This document shows, in pieces, positions 37,103-47,198 of a stretch of 61,147 bases of DNA (its first letter is position 1; each line of letters opens with the position of its first letter). The stretch is from Patescibacteria group bacterium (lineage in GTDB: Bacteria; Patescibacteriota; Minisyncoccia; Phycocordibacterales; UBA2100): positions 1 to 61,147 of the forward strand of contig JBBTSD010000012.1 in NCBI GenBank assembly GCA_038064835.1, read 5' to 3'. The translations under genes were made by a program, and so were the position numbers. A model generated the notes under the pieces. That model had not been told where the DNA came from. It worked only from the letters and a program-made list of their open reading frames with translations, and ran no database searches.

Positions 37103-38680
37103 TTAGACTATGGCCTCTTGCAATCGCTTAATGAGAAACGAGCGGTCTAGTGTAGACAGAAACCAACCAGCCTGTGGCCCAGAGTCACGACCGAGAAATA
37201 TTAGATAGATAGCGCTAAAGAAAAGCTTCGGATCAATTCCTGTAGTTTTTCGAATTTCATGAATAGCAGTGTGTAGCACCTGACCTTCAAGGTCTTTGTG
37301 CATATCAACAAAAGCGAGCAGCTGCTTGAGGGCTGTTTTTTGATCATGAGAAAGTGTGCGTGCACTTTCAGGAATGGTATCGAGATGCAGGGTAAAGCGA
37401 TAACGCTCGGGAGCATGTTCTTTGAGCCACTGCACCGCATACTTCGCGCGCTCAGACAGAGTCGCGCTTTCTTCGGCGGTCAGCGGACCACCTTTCATCT
37501 TTTCAAACTCCATATGAATGTTGAGGTGTTGCATCTGTACCACAAACGCCACTGATGAAAATCTTGGAAGGAACTGCTTCAATGGTGGCTGATGATGGTA
37601 GATAAGTTCGAAAAGTCGCGCATCGTCATCACCGACAGTATCCCAGTACTTTTCAGCAATCTTGTCATGCCAGTCAAACCAAGTGGGCACAGTCTCTCCT
37701 GCGGGATCAAAGTTGATGGCACGATGCGGTAATGTACCTAACAAAGCAAGGCGGATAATCGAGGGTGGCACTAGCGCCGCAACTTCAGCGGCAGACGATC
37801 CTTTTCCTTTTGAAGACGACATTTTTTCGCCACCTACCAAGAAGAATTCGTAAGGGATATCGTGCGGAGTGTCGACAGAGAAAACTTCACGCGCAATATG
37901 ATTTGCTACATCCCGTGCACCACCTTTTGTGGAATGATCTTTGCCAGCACCTTCTACCTGCACACCCACCACTTTCCACTTGGCAGGCCATTCGACTTTC
38001 CACGGAAGCTTGGCATTTCCATCGAATGGCGAGCGCTTCCCCTCATGACCACACCCCTCTGCCCCACCGGGGCCTTTGGTGCACCGATATTCAACCTGTT
38101 CGCCGTTCCATCGAAATGCCTGTGTCGTTCCAATTTTTCCACAGTCGCTACATATAATCGAAATTGGCAACCACACTTCCGGCTTTTGTGATCCTGATAC
38201 TTCCAAGTAAATCCGCCGGATGGCATCCGCGCGATCTAATGCAAGGCGAATTACTTCGTTCATGTTTCCGCTTTCATACAATTCGCTCGCGCGATAAAAT
38301 TCCGGTGTGAATCCGCTCTCGGTAATGATGCGCATGAATTCTGCCGCATAGTATTCAGCGAAATTCTTGGCGCCTGGCGCAGGCGACGGGACTTTATTTA
38401 AAGGGAGGCCCAGATACTGTTTCCATTCGGACTCAGGCAAGTTTGCAGGAATGCCATCCATTGGGTCGAAGTCATTAATTTCATAGAGAAATTTTAAATC
38501 AACTCCATGTGATTTAAGAATGTCAGCGACGATACCATGCACCGCAACGCCACGCATTGACCCAATATGGACACGCCCCGATGCAGTCTTTTCGTCTCGC
38601 ACTATGAGTGGCATTTTACCCTTGAGCGCCTCTCTGTAGCGTTCAAGTATTTCTGCAGCGATGGAGTCCGCCCAGAACAT
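37103..38680 (-). CDS. lysS: Class I lysyl-tRNA synthetase
   Basis: MFWAD, SGRVHIGS, KLPWKVEWPAKW, GKDH, KMSSSKG. Confidence 0.93.
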   Translation of the reverse strand: MFWADSIAAEILERYREALKGKMPLIVRDEKTASGRVHIGSMRGVAVHGIVADILKSHGVDLKFLYEINDFDPMDGIPANLPESEWKQYLGLPLNKVPSPAPGAKNFAEYYAAEFMRIITESGFTPEFYRASELYESGNMNEVIRLALDRADAIRRIYLEVSGSQKPEVWLPISIICSDCGKIGTTQAFRWNGEQVEYRCTKGPGGAEGCGHEGKRSPFDGNAKLPWKVEWPAKWKVVGVQVEGAGKDHSTKGGARDVANHIAREVFSVDTPHDIPYEFFLVGGEKMSSSKGKGSSAAEVAALVPPSIIRLALLGTLPHRAINFDPAGETVPTWFDWHDKIAEKYWDTVGDDDARLFELIYHHQPPLKQFLPRFSSVAFVVQMQHLNIHMEFEKMKGGPLTAEESATLSERAKYAVQWLKEHAPERYRFTLHLDTIPESARTLSHDQKTALKQLLAFVDMHKDLEGQVLHTAIHEIRKTTGIDPKLFFSAIYLIFLGRDSGPQAGWFLSTLDRSFLIKRLQEAIV

Positions 38681-38692
38681 AGCATTCGCAAA

Positions 38693-39163
38693 TTACTTTA
38701 CTGTAATAATTTTATACTTCTGCCGGCCGCGCGGAGTTTCGAATTCGAACGATTCGCCTTTTTTCTTTCCCATGAGTGCGGCGCCCATTGGCGAGATGTG
38801 AGAGATTTTTCGTTCTTGGATATTTGCCTCTGCGGAACCAACTATTTCGTAGTCGTGCTCTTCATCATCATCGGCCTTCTTGATGGTCACCAAACTTCCA
38901 AGTGTAACTTTGTTTGTTTTGTTGTGAGAAATGATTTGCGCGTGTGCAAGCATATCTTCGATTTGCCGAATACGCTCCTCGGTTGCGGCTTGAAAATCGC
39001 GAGCCTCTTGATACTCGGCGTTTTCAGAAAGATCGCCCAATGAGCGAGCGAATTCAAGCTGTTCAGCAATCTCTCGCCGACGCACAGTCTTGAGATGCTC
39101 TAGTTCCTTGGTAAGCTCGTCAAACTTCTCTTGGGTCAGATAATTTTGATCTGGTGTTGTCAT
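38693..39163 (-). CDS. greA: Transcription elongation factor GreA
   Basis: GDLSENAEY, ISHISPMGAAL. Confidence 0.95.
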   Translation of the reverse strand: MTTPDQNYLTQEKFDELTKELEHLKTVRRREIAEQLEFARSLGDLSENAEYQEARDFQAATEERIRQIEDMLAHAQIISHNKTNKVTLGSLVTIKKADDDEEHDYEIVGSAEANIQERKISHISPMGAALMGKKKGESFEFETPRGRQKYKIITVK

Positions 39164-39240
39164 TGGCTGAGAGTATAGCATATGGGAAGGAAAGACATAG
39201 TCATACAGACGAGCCCCTAGCAAGGGCTCTTTACACGATT

Positions 39241-39480
39241 CTAGCGGATCAATTCGTCCTTTGAGTCAACCTTCCGGCCATTCCGAAAGATGTGGACGAG
39301 TTGGGGATTCCCCTCGAGACATTCGTCACATACATGGAGAACCATGCGGGCATCTTCGCTTACGGGGTCGAAAACAGTCGAGCCGTAATTGCCATGTGAA
39401 CTGCAGACAATGCCATAGCGAGGCTGCAGAGGATCGTCTGTGGCCTTGTGCAAATGCTTTTCGCACTTGATACACTGCAT
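39241..39480 (-). CDS. Small Zn-binding hypothetical protein (79 aa)
   Basis: CIKC...GNYGSTVFDP...CDEC; SD GGGGAG. Confidence 0.7.
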   Translation of the reverse strand: MQCIKCEKHLHKATDDPLQPRYGIVCSSHGNYGSTVFDPVSEDARMVLHVCDECLEGNPQLVHIFRNGRKVDSKDELIR

Positions 39481-39541
39481 TTCTTTCGCTCCCCCAGATT
39501 CTCTGGTACTTTTTATACCACACCCAGCATAATATTGCAAG

Positions 39542-41257
39542 CTACTCCGGAGAACCGATGTCGATACCTTCAGAGACGACAGGTTCGGCTGTCTGATCAT
39601 CTCGGTGAATAAGCCACTCGAAGAATCCACGCATAGCAGGCGCTGCGCCCGACAGTGTACCGGCCGGCGCTCGTTCAAGCACTACCGCAAAGGCGTACTG
39701 CGGATTCTCGGCAGGCCAAAATCCAATGACCCACGAATTCATATATTGTTTTCTCGCGCCCACTTCAGCAGTTCCTGTCTTTGCTGCAATGTCGATGCCC
39801 GAGATATTCAGTGAGCGCGCCGTCCCTTTGTCAGAGGTCACCGCCTTTCTCATCCCTTCACGCACAACAGACAAAAACTCAGAGTTAATTCCTATGTCGG
39901 TGCTTTCCGGAGTCGAGCTGGCGCGCAATGAAGGGATAAGTCGCTTACCACCATTCGCAAGCGCGGCAGTTGCAACTACAGCCTGCAGAGGAGTCACTTG
40001 GAATCCATATTGTCCAATCGATGTATTGTATGTATCACCCAGACGCCACTCTTCTCCGTTGAAGGTGTCTTTTTTCCATTCGGGTGTTGGAATAAGTCCG
40101 GTAACTTCTCCAGGCAATGCAATCCCTGTTTCCTTGCCAAAACCAAAACGAGCTGCGTAGGTTTCCAGACGCGAAATCCCCAAGCCTTTTTGGTCTTCGT
40201 AGCCACCTCCCACGGCAAAAAAGTACACATCAGACGAAACCGCAATCGCATCGCGCATCGCTGTCCAGCCGTGCGCACGCCAGTCTTTGATTATGGTTGG
40301 CTTGTCGGGATTGTACTGATTGGGAATGGTAATAAAACCCGGGCTGAAAATTTCTTTGAGTGGTGAGATAATTTGTTCGTTGAGTGCCGCCACGGCAAAA
40401 AAAGGTTTTACGATTGAACCTGGTGCATACACACCGGCAATAGCGCGATTTAAAAACGGCTTCAGCTCTCCGGTAGCCAGCTCGCGCACAACCGCAGGAT
40501 TTGCATCAACAACATCCTGAGACTTGAACTCGGGAGCACTTGCGAGGGCAATGATTTCTCCAGTCTTTACATCAATAATCACTCCTGCACCCCCCTGAAA
40601 TCCATTTCTAGTTGCATGATTCTGAATCGTGGTATGCAGTTTGCTTTGCATTTCTGAGTCAATCGACAAGACCATGCTTCTCCCGTCGCGCGGTGGGTCA
40701 ATAATAGAGCGACGATGCACAACACGATTTGCATCAATTTCCGCCATTGCTTTGCCATTCACACCTGCAAGCTCTCCATCAAAAATGAGTTCAGCCCCAG
40801 CCACTCCACTCGCTTCAGTGCGCCACCATACACCAGCATTGTCTGCGCGCGGATAGCGCACATAACCTACGACATGTGCAAGTCCTGGCACATCACGATA
40901 TCGCCGTAAAAGGTGCTCGGCTTCGCCCACCTCATTCCACGCCAGTTCAATATGTTTCCTATCAGAAATAACACCTCGCTGTGCAAATACAATAGTATGG
41001 GTGAGGCGATTGGCTTCGGCCAATGCTGTCAACTCTTCGCCTTTTACGAGTTGTAAATCGACTGACTCCCATGAATAGGTACCTGCTACCAAAAGGAAAA
41101 CGACGCCGATTGCCCAAAGCGCAAGAGGTGATACGGGTTTTTCAACACGCCCTTCAAATTGCTCGACAGAAAGACTAGGTAGGTTTGAGGAATCAAGAAA
41201 AATATCGTCAGGAGTTATTTCGCCAGATGATTTTCTTCGTGATCTAAACCAACGCAT
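39542..41257 (-). CDS. mrdA: Penicillin-binding protein 2
   Basis: PGSIVKP, SSD, KTGTAE; mreBC context. Confidence 0.88.
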   Translation of the reverse strand: MRWFRSRRKSSGEITPDDIFLDSSNLPSLSVEQFEGRVEKPVSPLALWAIGVVFLLVAGTYSWESVDLQLVKGEELTALAEANRLTHTIVFAQRGVISDRKHIELAWNEVGEAEHLLRRYRDVPGLAHVVGYVRYPRADNAGVWWRTEASGVAGAELIFDGELAGVNGKAMAEIDANRVVHRRSIIDPPRDGRSMVLSIDSEMQSKLHTTIQNHATRNGFQGGAGVIIDVKTGEIIALASAPEFKSQDVVDANPAVVRELATGELKPFLNRAIAGVYAPGSIVKPFFAVAALNEQIISPLKEIFSPGFITIPNQYNPDKPTIIKDWRAHGWTAMRDAIAVSSDVYFFAVGGGYEDQKGLGISRLETYAARFGFGKETGIALPGEVTGLIPTPEWKKDTFNGEEWRLGDTYNTSIGQYGFQVTPLQAVVATAALANGGKRLIPSLRASSTPESTDIGINSEFLSVVREGMRKAVTSDKGTARSLNISGIDIAAKTGTAEVGARKQYMNSWVIGFWPAENPQYAFAVVLERAPAGTLSGAAPAMRGFFEWLIHRDDQTAEPVVSEGIDIGSPE

Positions 41258-41272
41258 TCCGGAGAGTATACC

Positions 41273-41521
41273 TCAAGTCATGATATTGCGACGAAACGGC
41301 TCAAACCCGATCAAAATAGCGGTTGCGCATATGGTCGCGGGAATTGGAATCATGTAAAAACCACCGGGGGGCAGGTAGAGAAGGTCGACGCACACCCCCA
41401 TTATCAGAATCTCCCACGCACGAAAGCGCAGAGAGAGTACTCCCATCAGAATGAGCGGTGCCCATGGTGGAGCGAACAGGACACTGGCAAACGAGAGCCC
41501 GCTGATAAAAGGGCGTATCAT
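41273..41521 (-). CDS. Small membrane protein at the mreD position
   Basis: 82 aa, hydrophobic, between mreC and mrdA. Confidence 0.6.
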   Translation of the reverse strand: MIRPFISGLSFASVLFAPPWAPLILMGVLSLRFRAWEILIMGVCVDLLYLPPGGFYMIPIPATICATAILIGFEPFRRNIMT

Positions 41522-41522
41522 A

Positions 41523-42302
41523 CTATTCGCCGAACGGTGGAATTATCTCAACAAAAGAAAGTGTCGGAATACTCATCGGTGTTCGCGCCAAGATGAGTGC
41601 AAGCGGGTCTTGGGGATCTCGCTTGATGAAACCAACAACGCCAATCGCAAGCGGTGTGCCAGGCAAATGTACGGCATCACCCACTTCCACACTCACCCCG
41701 CGTGGCGCTTCTATGAGCCCATTGCCATCCCCGCGGCCAGTGTAAGTAGTTTTTACATCTTTCACTATCACTTCAACTGTTTTTCCTGGAGCAGAAAAAA
41801 GCTCTACCAACGAATGACCGTAGTGCACTTCGACCACTTTACCAATCGCGACACGCGGTGCTACAACAACCACACTACCCACAGCCACCCCATCCTTTTC
41901 CCCTGCACCAACAACAAAAGTGCCATAAGGGGACACCGAAGGGCTGGAGAGTACGGGTGCCGCAACTCCGAGCGGGTAGTCTTTGGCAAGCCCAACCAAT
42001 TCGCGCAGCGTAGCATTTTCGCCACGAAGCACATCGTTTGTAAGTGAGAGGAATTGTGTGCGTTCAAGCTCTTTGCGCAATGCGAGATTCTCTGCGGCCA
42101 AACTCCGACGCGAAGCGAACCCTGCGCGCTCGTCTATATAAGTGCGTGCATGGTGCGCGACTTCCCAGACATTCGCACCAAGCGACCGCGCCCCACCGCG
42201 GAGAAATGCACCTGCATTCCCTCCACTTTGCATTACTAACCCGAAGGCCGTAATACCAAGCAAAAGAATGACTCCCCATTTATTCTGTCGGAACCAGTTC
42301 AT
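41523..42302 (-). CDS. mreC: Rod shape-determining protein MreC
   Basis: TM, ENATLRELVG coiled coil, GEKDGV. Confidence 0.85.
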   Translation of the reverse strand: MNWFRQNKWGVILLLGITAFGLVMQSGGNAGAFLRGGARSLGANVWEVAHHARTYIDERAGFASRRSLAAENLALRKELERTQFLSLTNDVLRGENATLRELVGLAKDYPLGVAAPVLSSPSVSPYGTFVVGAGEKDGVAVGSVVVVAPRVAIGKVVEVHYGHSLVELFSAPGKTVEVIVKDVKTTYTGRGDGNGLIEAPRGVSVEVGDAVHLPGTPLAIGVVGFIKRDPQDPLALILARTPMSIPTLSFVEIIPPFGE

Positions 42303-43362
42303 TGTCGGAATTCAATAATGCTTCTTTGTATTTGTCCAAATCCTCAAGCACCATACCTGTACCTCGCACTACTGCCGTGAGTGGGTCTGCAGCGATTTTG
42401 ACTGGTATACCTATGGCTTCTTCGATCAAATCATCAAGGCCGCGAATAAGCGCGCCTCCACCTGCCAAGTACACGCCTCGTTGCATCACATCAGAAAGCA
42501 CTTCAGGTGGTGTCGTTTCAAGAATCCCTTTGATAGCGTCTACCAGTTCTTCTATTGAATGCGCAATCGCGTTCCTCACATCGGAATCAGTCACGCTCAC
42601 TTCGCGCGGAAGACCAGTAATCAAATCGCGTCCGCGCACGACGAATCGCAAAGTCTCTTTTGCAGGCGCCACAGAGCCCACTGCGATTTTCAACTCTTCG
42701 GCACTCTTTTCACCGATGAGGATTTTAAATTCGTTGCGGATGTATGCGACAATGTCGCTGTTGAGACGGTCCCCGGCAATGCGCACATTTTTTGAGTTCA
42801 CCAATCCCCCCAAGGATACGACGCCAATATCGGTCGTGCCACCGCCAATGTCGATAATCATGCTCCCGCGTGCATCATGCACCGGAAGCCCAATACCGAT
42901 TGCAGCCGCCATAGGCTCTTCTATGATATGCACTTCGCGAGCACCCGCCTCCAAGGTTGCGTCGCGTACGGCTCGCACTTCGACACTGGTGATACCTGAA
43001 GGTACGCCCACAACCACACGCGGACCCAACAATTTCGGGCTCTTTGCTTGCGCTTTGCTTATCAGATATGCAAGCATTTGTTCGGTAACTTCGTAATCAG
43101 AGATGACTCCGTCAATCAACGGTTTTACTGCTTTAATGTGCGCTGGTGTTCGCCCAAGCATTTCTTTTGCCTGTGTTCCCACTGCTACCACCTGCCCTGT
43201 TTTCTCGTTCATCGAAACCATTGACGGCTCGTTGATGACGATGCCTCGTCCGCGTACATACACCAGTGTATTAGCAGTACCTAAATCAATACCGATCTCG
43301 TTTGAGAAAAAGCCGAGTCCCTTCGCGTAGAGCGCACGAGCAGTCTGAAAAATCTGAGGCAT
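42280..43362 (-). CDS. mreB: Actin-like rod shape protein
   Basis: IDLGTANT, EEPMAAAIG, DIGGGTT, GGGAL. Confidence 0.95.
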   Translation of the reverse strand: MPQIFQTARALYAKGLGFFSNEIGIDLGTANTLVYVRGRGIVINEPSMVSMNEKTGQVVAVGTQAKEMLGRTPAHIKAVKPLIDGVISDYEVTEQMLAYLISKAQAKSPKLLGPRVVVGVPSGITSVEVRAVRDATLEAGAREVHIIEEPMAAAIGIGLPVHDARGSMIIDIGGGTTDIGVVSLGGLVNSKNVRIAGDRLNSDIVAYIRNEFKILIGEKSAEELKIAVGSVAPAKETLRFVVRGRDLITGLPREVSVTDSDVRNAIAHSIEELVDAIKGILETTPPEVLSDVMQRGVYLAGGGALIRGLDDLIEEAIGIPVKIAADPLTAVVRGTGMVLEDLDKYKEALLNSDNELVPTE

Positions 43363-43373
43363 AGCAAGGAAAA

Positions 43374-44645
43374 TCAGGAAGTAAGGCGCGTGATGATACC
43401 GCTTTCAGGAACTAATTCGGTGGCACCAGTGGATCGGTGTGTCATTTCGACAACGCCCGCCGCCATTGTTTTCTCGCTGACAACCATGCGATACGGGATA
43501 CCAAACATATCTGCATCAGCAAACTTTTCTCCTGCGCGCACATCACGATCGTCAAACAGCACTTCGATGCCATGATCGAGGAGGAGTTCGTACATATGTT
43601 GCGCCTCGCGCGCAACATCTTCTTTAGACCCAGCAAGCGAAATCAGATGTACTCGGAACGGCGCAATCTCTTCTGGCCACACCATTCCCTTCTCGTCGGA
43701 AAGCACTTCGACTACCGTGCCCATCAGACGCCCAAGGCCAATTCCATAGCACCCCATATACGGATAATGTTTCTCTCCCTTCTCGTCGGCAAATTGCAAT
43801 CCAGCGGCCTCGCAGAAACGGGTAGCCAGTGGGAAAATATTTCCCACTTCAATCGCGCGCTCTTCGCGCATTTCAGATTTAGTCAGGCCCAGGTCTGCGA
43901 GCACATCGTCGTGGTACACCTCTTTGTTTACCGCAATATGCTTTTCATCATTAATATAAATAGTGTCTTCCCCAGCAGGAGTGACTGTTTGAAATTCGTC
44001 GCTAAAACGCGAGAACGATCCGCCGCTTGCAAAGGTGCGATAAGTCATGGCGCCAATTCCCATGCGCATAAAAATGCGCATGTATGCTTCGGCGCACTGT
44101 TCGTAAAATTCACGGAACCCCTGCTCATCGGTGTTAAACGAATACAAATCTTTCATTTGAAATTCGCGGGTGCGCATAATGCCAGACTTCGCGCGTATTT
44201 CGTTTCTGAATTTGGTTTGAATCTGATAGATGTAACGAGGCAAATCACGATGCGAAGCAAGGTGGTCGCGAAGCAAGGTGGTGAGCGCTTCTTCGTGTGT
44301 GTTTGCAATGCCCAATTCTGCTCCCTGATGTGGCGCGTCGCCTTTGTGCAGATGTGTCTTGAACCACACATCGACAGCGCTATCATCCCAACGACCCGTG
44401 TGCTTCCAAATCTCGGGGTCTTGGAGTGTGGTCATCAGCATTTCTTGTCCTCCGATTGCATTCATCTCTTCGCGAATGACGCGCGCGATTTTGTTGATAA
44501 CACGCAAGCCCATCGGCAAAAGCGTATAGACACCCGCCATTTCTTTGTGTATAAAACCCGCGCGAATTAAGAGTTGTGCATTCTTAGAAACCTCGTCTTT
44601 TGGCGCATCTTTACGCGAGTGGGTGAACAAATGAGTTTGCCGCAT
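43374..44645 (-). CDS. proS: Prolyl-tRNA synthetase (no INS editing domain)
   Basis: QTKFRNEIR, REFQMKDLYSF, EVGNIF, MGCYGIG; 423 aa. Confidence 0.93.
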   Translation of the reverse strand: MRQTHLFTHSRKDAPKDEVSKNAQLLIRAGFIHKEMAGVYTLLPMGLRVINKIARVIREEMNAIGGQEMLMTTLQDPEIWKHTGRWDDSAVDVWFKTHLHKGDAPHQGAELGIANTHEEALTTLLRDHLASHRDLPRYIYQIQTKFRNEIRAKSGIMRTREFQMKDLYSFNTDEQGFREFYEQCAEAYMRIFMRMGIGAMTYRTFASGGSFSRFSDEFQTVTPAGEDTIYINDEKHIAVNKEVYHDDVLADLGLTKSEMREERAIEVGNIFPLATRFCEAAGLQFADEKGEKHYPYMGCYGIGLGRLMGTVVEVLSDEKGMVWPEEIAPFRVHLISLAGSKEDVAREAQHMYELLLDHGIEVLFDDRDVRAGEKFADADMFGIPYRMVVSEKTMAAGVVEMTHRSTGATELVPESGIITRLTS

Positions 44646-44774
44646 GAGAGAACTATAACCGCAAACCGGGATAAAACGAAATAATGCCTTTCACCTTCGC
44701 TCATGCTCGATATATTGCATATTTTTTGACCTGTTGTATAGTGAATAGTGGAAAAGCCAAGGAACCTGGCCATC

Positions 44775-45119
44775 ATGTCGACCATAGTCAAGAAGCGTCG
44801 CTTCGTCGAGCCTCCTGCAGCAACTCTTCAGGAGCTTCCGTTGACAATCAGGCGTCTCCTCGCCATTAAGCCCGGCGAGACAATCGTCTACTACACCGGC
44901 AATTTTGACGCCGACATTCAGCGGTGTGTGCCGCGTTCTCCTCAGGACGACGGCGCCCCGCGCTATCGCCATGTCCTGCAGAGCATCCGATCCTGCGCCA
45001 ATCGACTGGCAAGTAATAAGCGAGTAACGCTCGATACCGAGACCATCAAGCATGGTGGTCTTGTCGAAGGAATCTCGTACGAGGTCATCGCCTACCGGGC
45101 AACCGGCCTCGCATCCTAG
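44775..45119 (+). CDS. Hypothetical protein
   Basis: AAGGA SD; PGETIVYYTG...YEVIAYRATG. Confidence 0.65.
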   Translation: MSTIVKKRRFVEPPAATLQELPLTIRRLLAIKPGETIVYYTGNFDADIQRCVPRSPQDDGAPRYRHVLQSIRSCANRLASNKRVTLDTETIKHGGLVEGISYEVIAYRATGLAS

Positions 45120-45142
45120 CGTTTTTGCAATAACACCGCCTT

Positions 45143-45490
45143 CTAGGCGGTGCTTTCTTTTTTCATAGCAAACACACCGTCATATAATTTTTCAAGCGCT
45201 TCGCGTGTCAGAGGAGTAGCGCGTTCGTCTTCACCAACTCGTTGCGCATAATGGGATGCGGGCGAATCAACAACGCTTTCGCTCCATATTCTCGCCGCTT
45301 CTTCGTACCCCCACAATGGCAGTTTCTGTTGAGCTCGTTCCTCATTTTTCTTCTCTGTCCACAGAGCTATGGCAAGTGCCTGAAGACGCACATCGTTCGC
45401 CGGAAGTACGCCTGCCGGAATGCGCTCGAGTAGCTTTTTTAGTAGTCCGTCAAAAGTGCGCTCTGATGCTGTTGTGCTTCTTTCCATCAT
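45143..45490 (-). CDS. Hypothetical protein
   Basis: 115-aa ORF directly after rseP. Confidence 0.6.
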   Translation of the reverse strand: MMERSTTASERTFDGLLKKLLERIPAGVLPANDVRLQALAIALWTEKKNEERAQQKLPLWGYEEAARIWSESVVDSPASHYAQRVGEDERATPLTREALEKLYDGVFAMKKESTA

Positions 45491-45493
45491 ACA

Positions 45494-46579
45494 TCACGCG
45501 GCCAGGCGGATTATATCACCATAGGTTACCAGCACCATCAAGACTAGGATAAGGGTGAAGCCCACGGCATTTGCCACATGCGCAATACGCATCGGTATCT
45601 TTTTGCGCATCACCGCCTCGATCCCCACAAAGAAAAGGCGACCCCCATCGAGCGCAGGAATCGGGATTAGATTGATAACCGCGAGATTGATTGAAACAAG
45701 GGCCGCGAGCGCAAATAGTTGGCCCAGTCCGTGCGCGGCTGCGTCTCCTACTGCACTTGCAAGACCCACAGGTCCCACCAATGCGGTGATATTTGCGTTA
45801 CCAAACACTGCATCTTTTACCAGAGACCCTAGACGAGACACGACAATGCTGAATGCGTACCATGTGTGTGAAAACGATTCTTTTGCAGCCGCAAAAAACG
45901 GGAGTCGCTTCTCAGCAATAAGAAGCAAGCCGGCGCCAAGCGCGGGATCACCCGGAGCGTTTGCAAGCACTGCGTGCACCGGAATTGCTGTTGTTTGCGT
46001 CTCGGTCCCATCACGCACATAGACAATCGACAGTTCTTGGCCGGCGCGCTCTCGCACAAATGCCACCACTGATTGTGGCGTCAGTTCCGCAGGACCGCGT
46101 GCATCGGTCATTGATTTTATTTCATCCCCTGGTGCAAGGCCCGAACGATATGCCGGAGACCCAGGCAATATCTCGCTCACAATCAGTCGAGCACCTTCGG
46201 TAGCATCCGACACTTCGACAGGCATTCCTGTCATAAATCCGCCAGTGTACAACACCCATCCAAAGAAAGCGTTCGCCACCACACCCGCGATTAGAATAAG
46301 TGCTTGTCGCCAGCGTGACGCCTGCGCAAAGCTTCCAATTCGTCGGCCAGCGTCTTCTTCTGTGCCGTTCTCGTCACGCAAACGAACAAAACCGCCAAAA
46401 GGCATCCAATTCAGTGTGTACTCTGTGCCTCCGCGCACCCCAAAGGTGAATGCCCGTGGCGGGTAGCCAACGCCAAATTCTTCCACCGTGACCCCCAGCA
46501 ATCGTGCGGCGAGAAAATGACCAAATTCGTGCACAACAATCAACACAATAAGTATGATGATGAGCAAAAGTGCAGACAT
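45494..46579 (-). CDS. rseP: Site-2 M50 metalloprotease with PDZ domain
   Basis: HEFGH, PFGGFV, NLIPIPALDGG. Confidence 0.92.
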   Translation of the reverse strand: MSALLLIIILIVLIVVHEFGHFLAARLLGVTVEEFGVGYPPRAFTFGVRGGTEYTLNWMPFGGFVRLRDENGTEEDAGRRIGSFAQASRWRQALILIAGVVANAFFGWVLYTGGFMTGMPVEVSDATEGARLIVSEILPGSPAYRSGLAPGDEIKSMTDARGPAELTPQSVVAFVRERAGQELSIVYVRDGTETQTTAIPVHAVLANAPGDPALGAGLLLIAEKRLPFFAAAKESFSHTWYAFSIVVSRLGSLVKDAVFGNANITALVGPVGLASAVGDAAAHGLGQLFALAALVSINLAVINLIPIPALDGGRLFFVGIEAVMRKKIPMRIAHVANAVGFTLILVLMVLVTYGDIIRLAA

Positions 46580-46593
46580 AAATCGTAAACGAA

Positions 46594-47145
46594 CTACTCG
46601 AGCATCTCCTTTTCTTTTCTATCGAACATGGTTTCAAGGTCTTTGTTTGCAGAATCTATCTTTTTTTGCAATTCATCTTTGAGGCGAAATTTATCATCTT
46701 CGCTCAGTGTCCCCTCTCGTTCCTGCTCTTGGATCTCGCTCCAGCTTTCATCGCGAACACCGCGTACACCCACACGCGCCTCTTCGAGTTTTTGTTTGGC
46801 GACTTTCACCAACTGTTCGCGTCGCTCGGAAGTAAGCTCGGGGAAACTCACACGCACGGTCGTACCGGATACGGAAGTACTCACTCCCAAATTTGCCACT
46901 GCGATTCCTCGTTCTATTTCCTTGGTAAGAGAAGTGTCGTACGGAGCAACCAAGAGCGAGCGCGCCCCTTCAAGGCCGACATTGGCGACTTGTTTGAGCG
47001 GTGTGCGCGAGCCATATGCTTCGACTTGAACCCCATCAAGAAGCGCAGGCGACGCTCGGCCCGTGCGCAGTGCCTGATATTCCTTGACGAGCCAATCTTT
47101 CTTTTCAGAAAGCCCCAATTCAACCATCGAAAAATCGTATGCCAT
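46594..47145 (-). CDS. frr: Ribosome recycling factor
   Basis: RTGRASPALLD, PELTSERR. Confidence 0.95.
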   Translation of the reverse strand: MAYDFSMVELGLSEKKDWLVKEYQALRTGRASPALLDGVQVEAYGSRTPLKQVANVGLEGARSLLVAPYDTSLTKEIERGIAVANLGVSTSVSGTTVRVSFPELTSERREQLVKVAKQKLEEARVGVRGVRDESWSEIQEQEREGTLSEDDKFRLKDELQKKIDSANKDLETMFDRKEKEMLE

Positions 47146-47198
47146 GTCCCTACTATAACACGAAAGATGCACCGAGATGAGTTTTCTTAGACAGCTTC

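Noticed and set aside
37103-38680. Class I LysRS as a novelty
   Set aside because: Already known from scattered bacterial lineages
43437-44570. 377-aa plus-strand ORF
   Set aside because: Antisense shadow of proS
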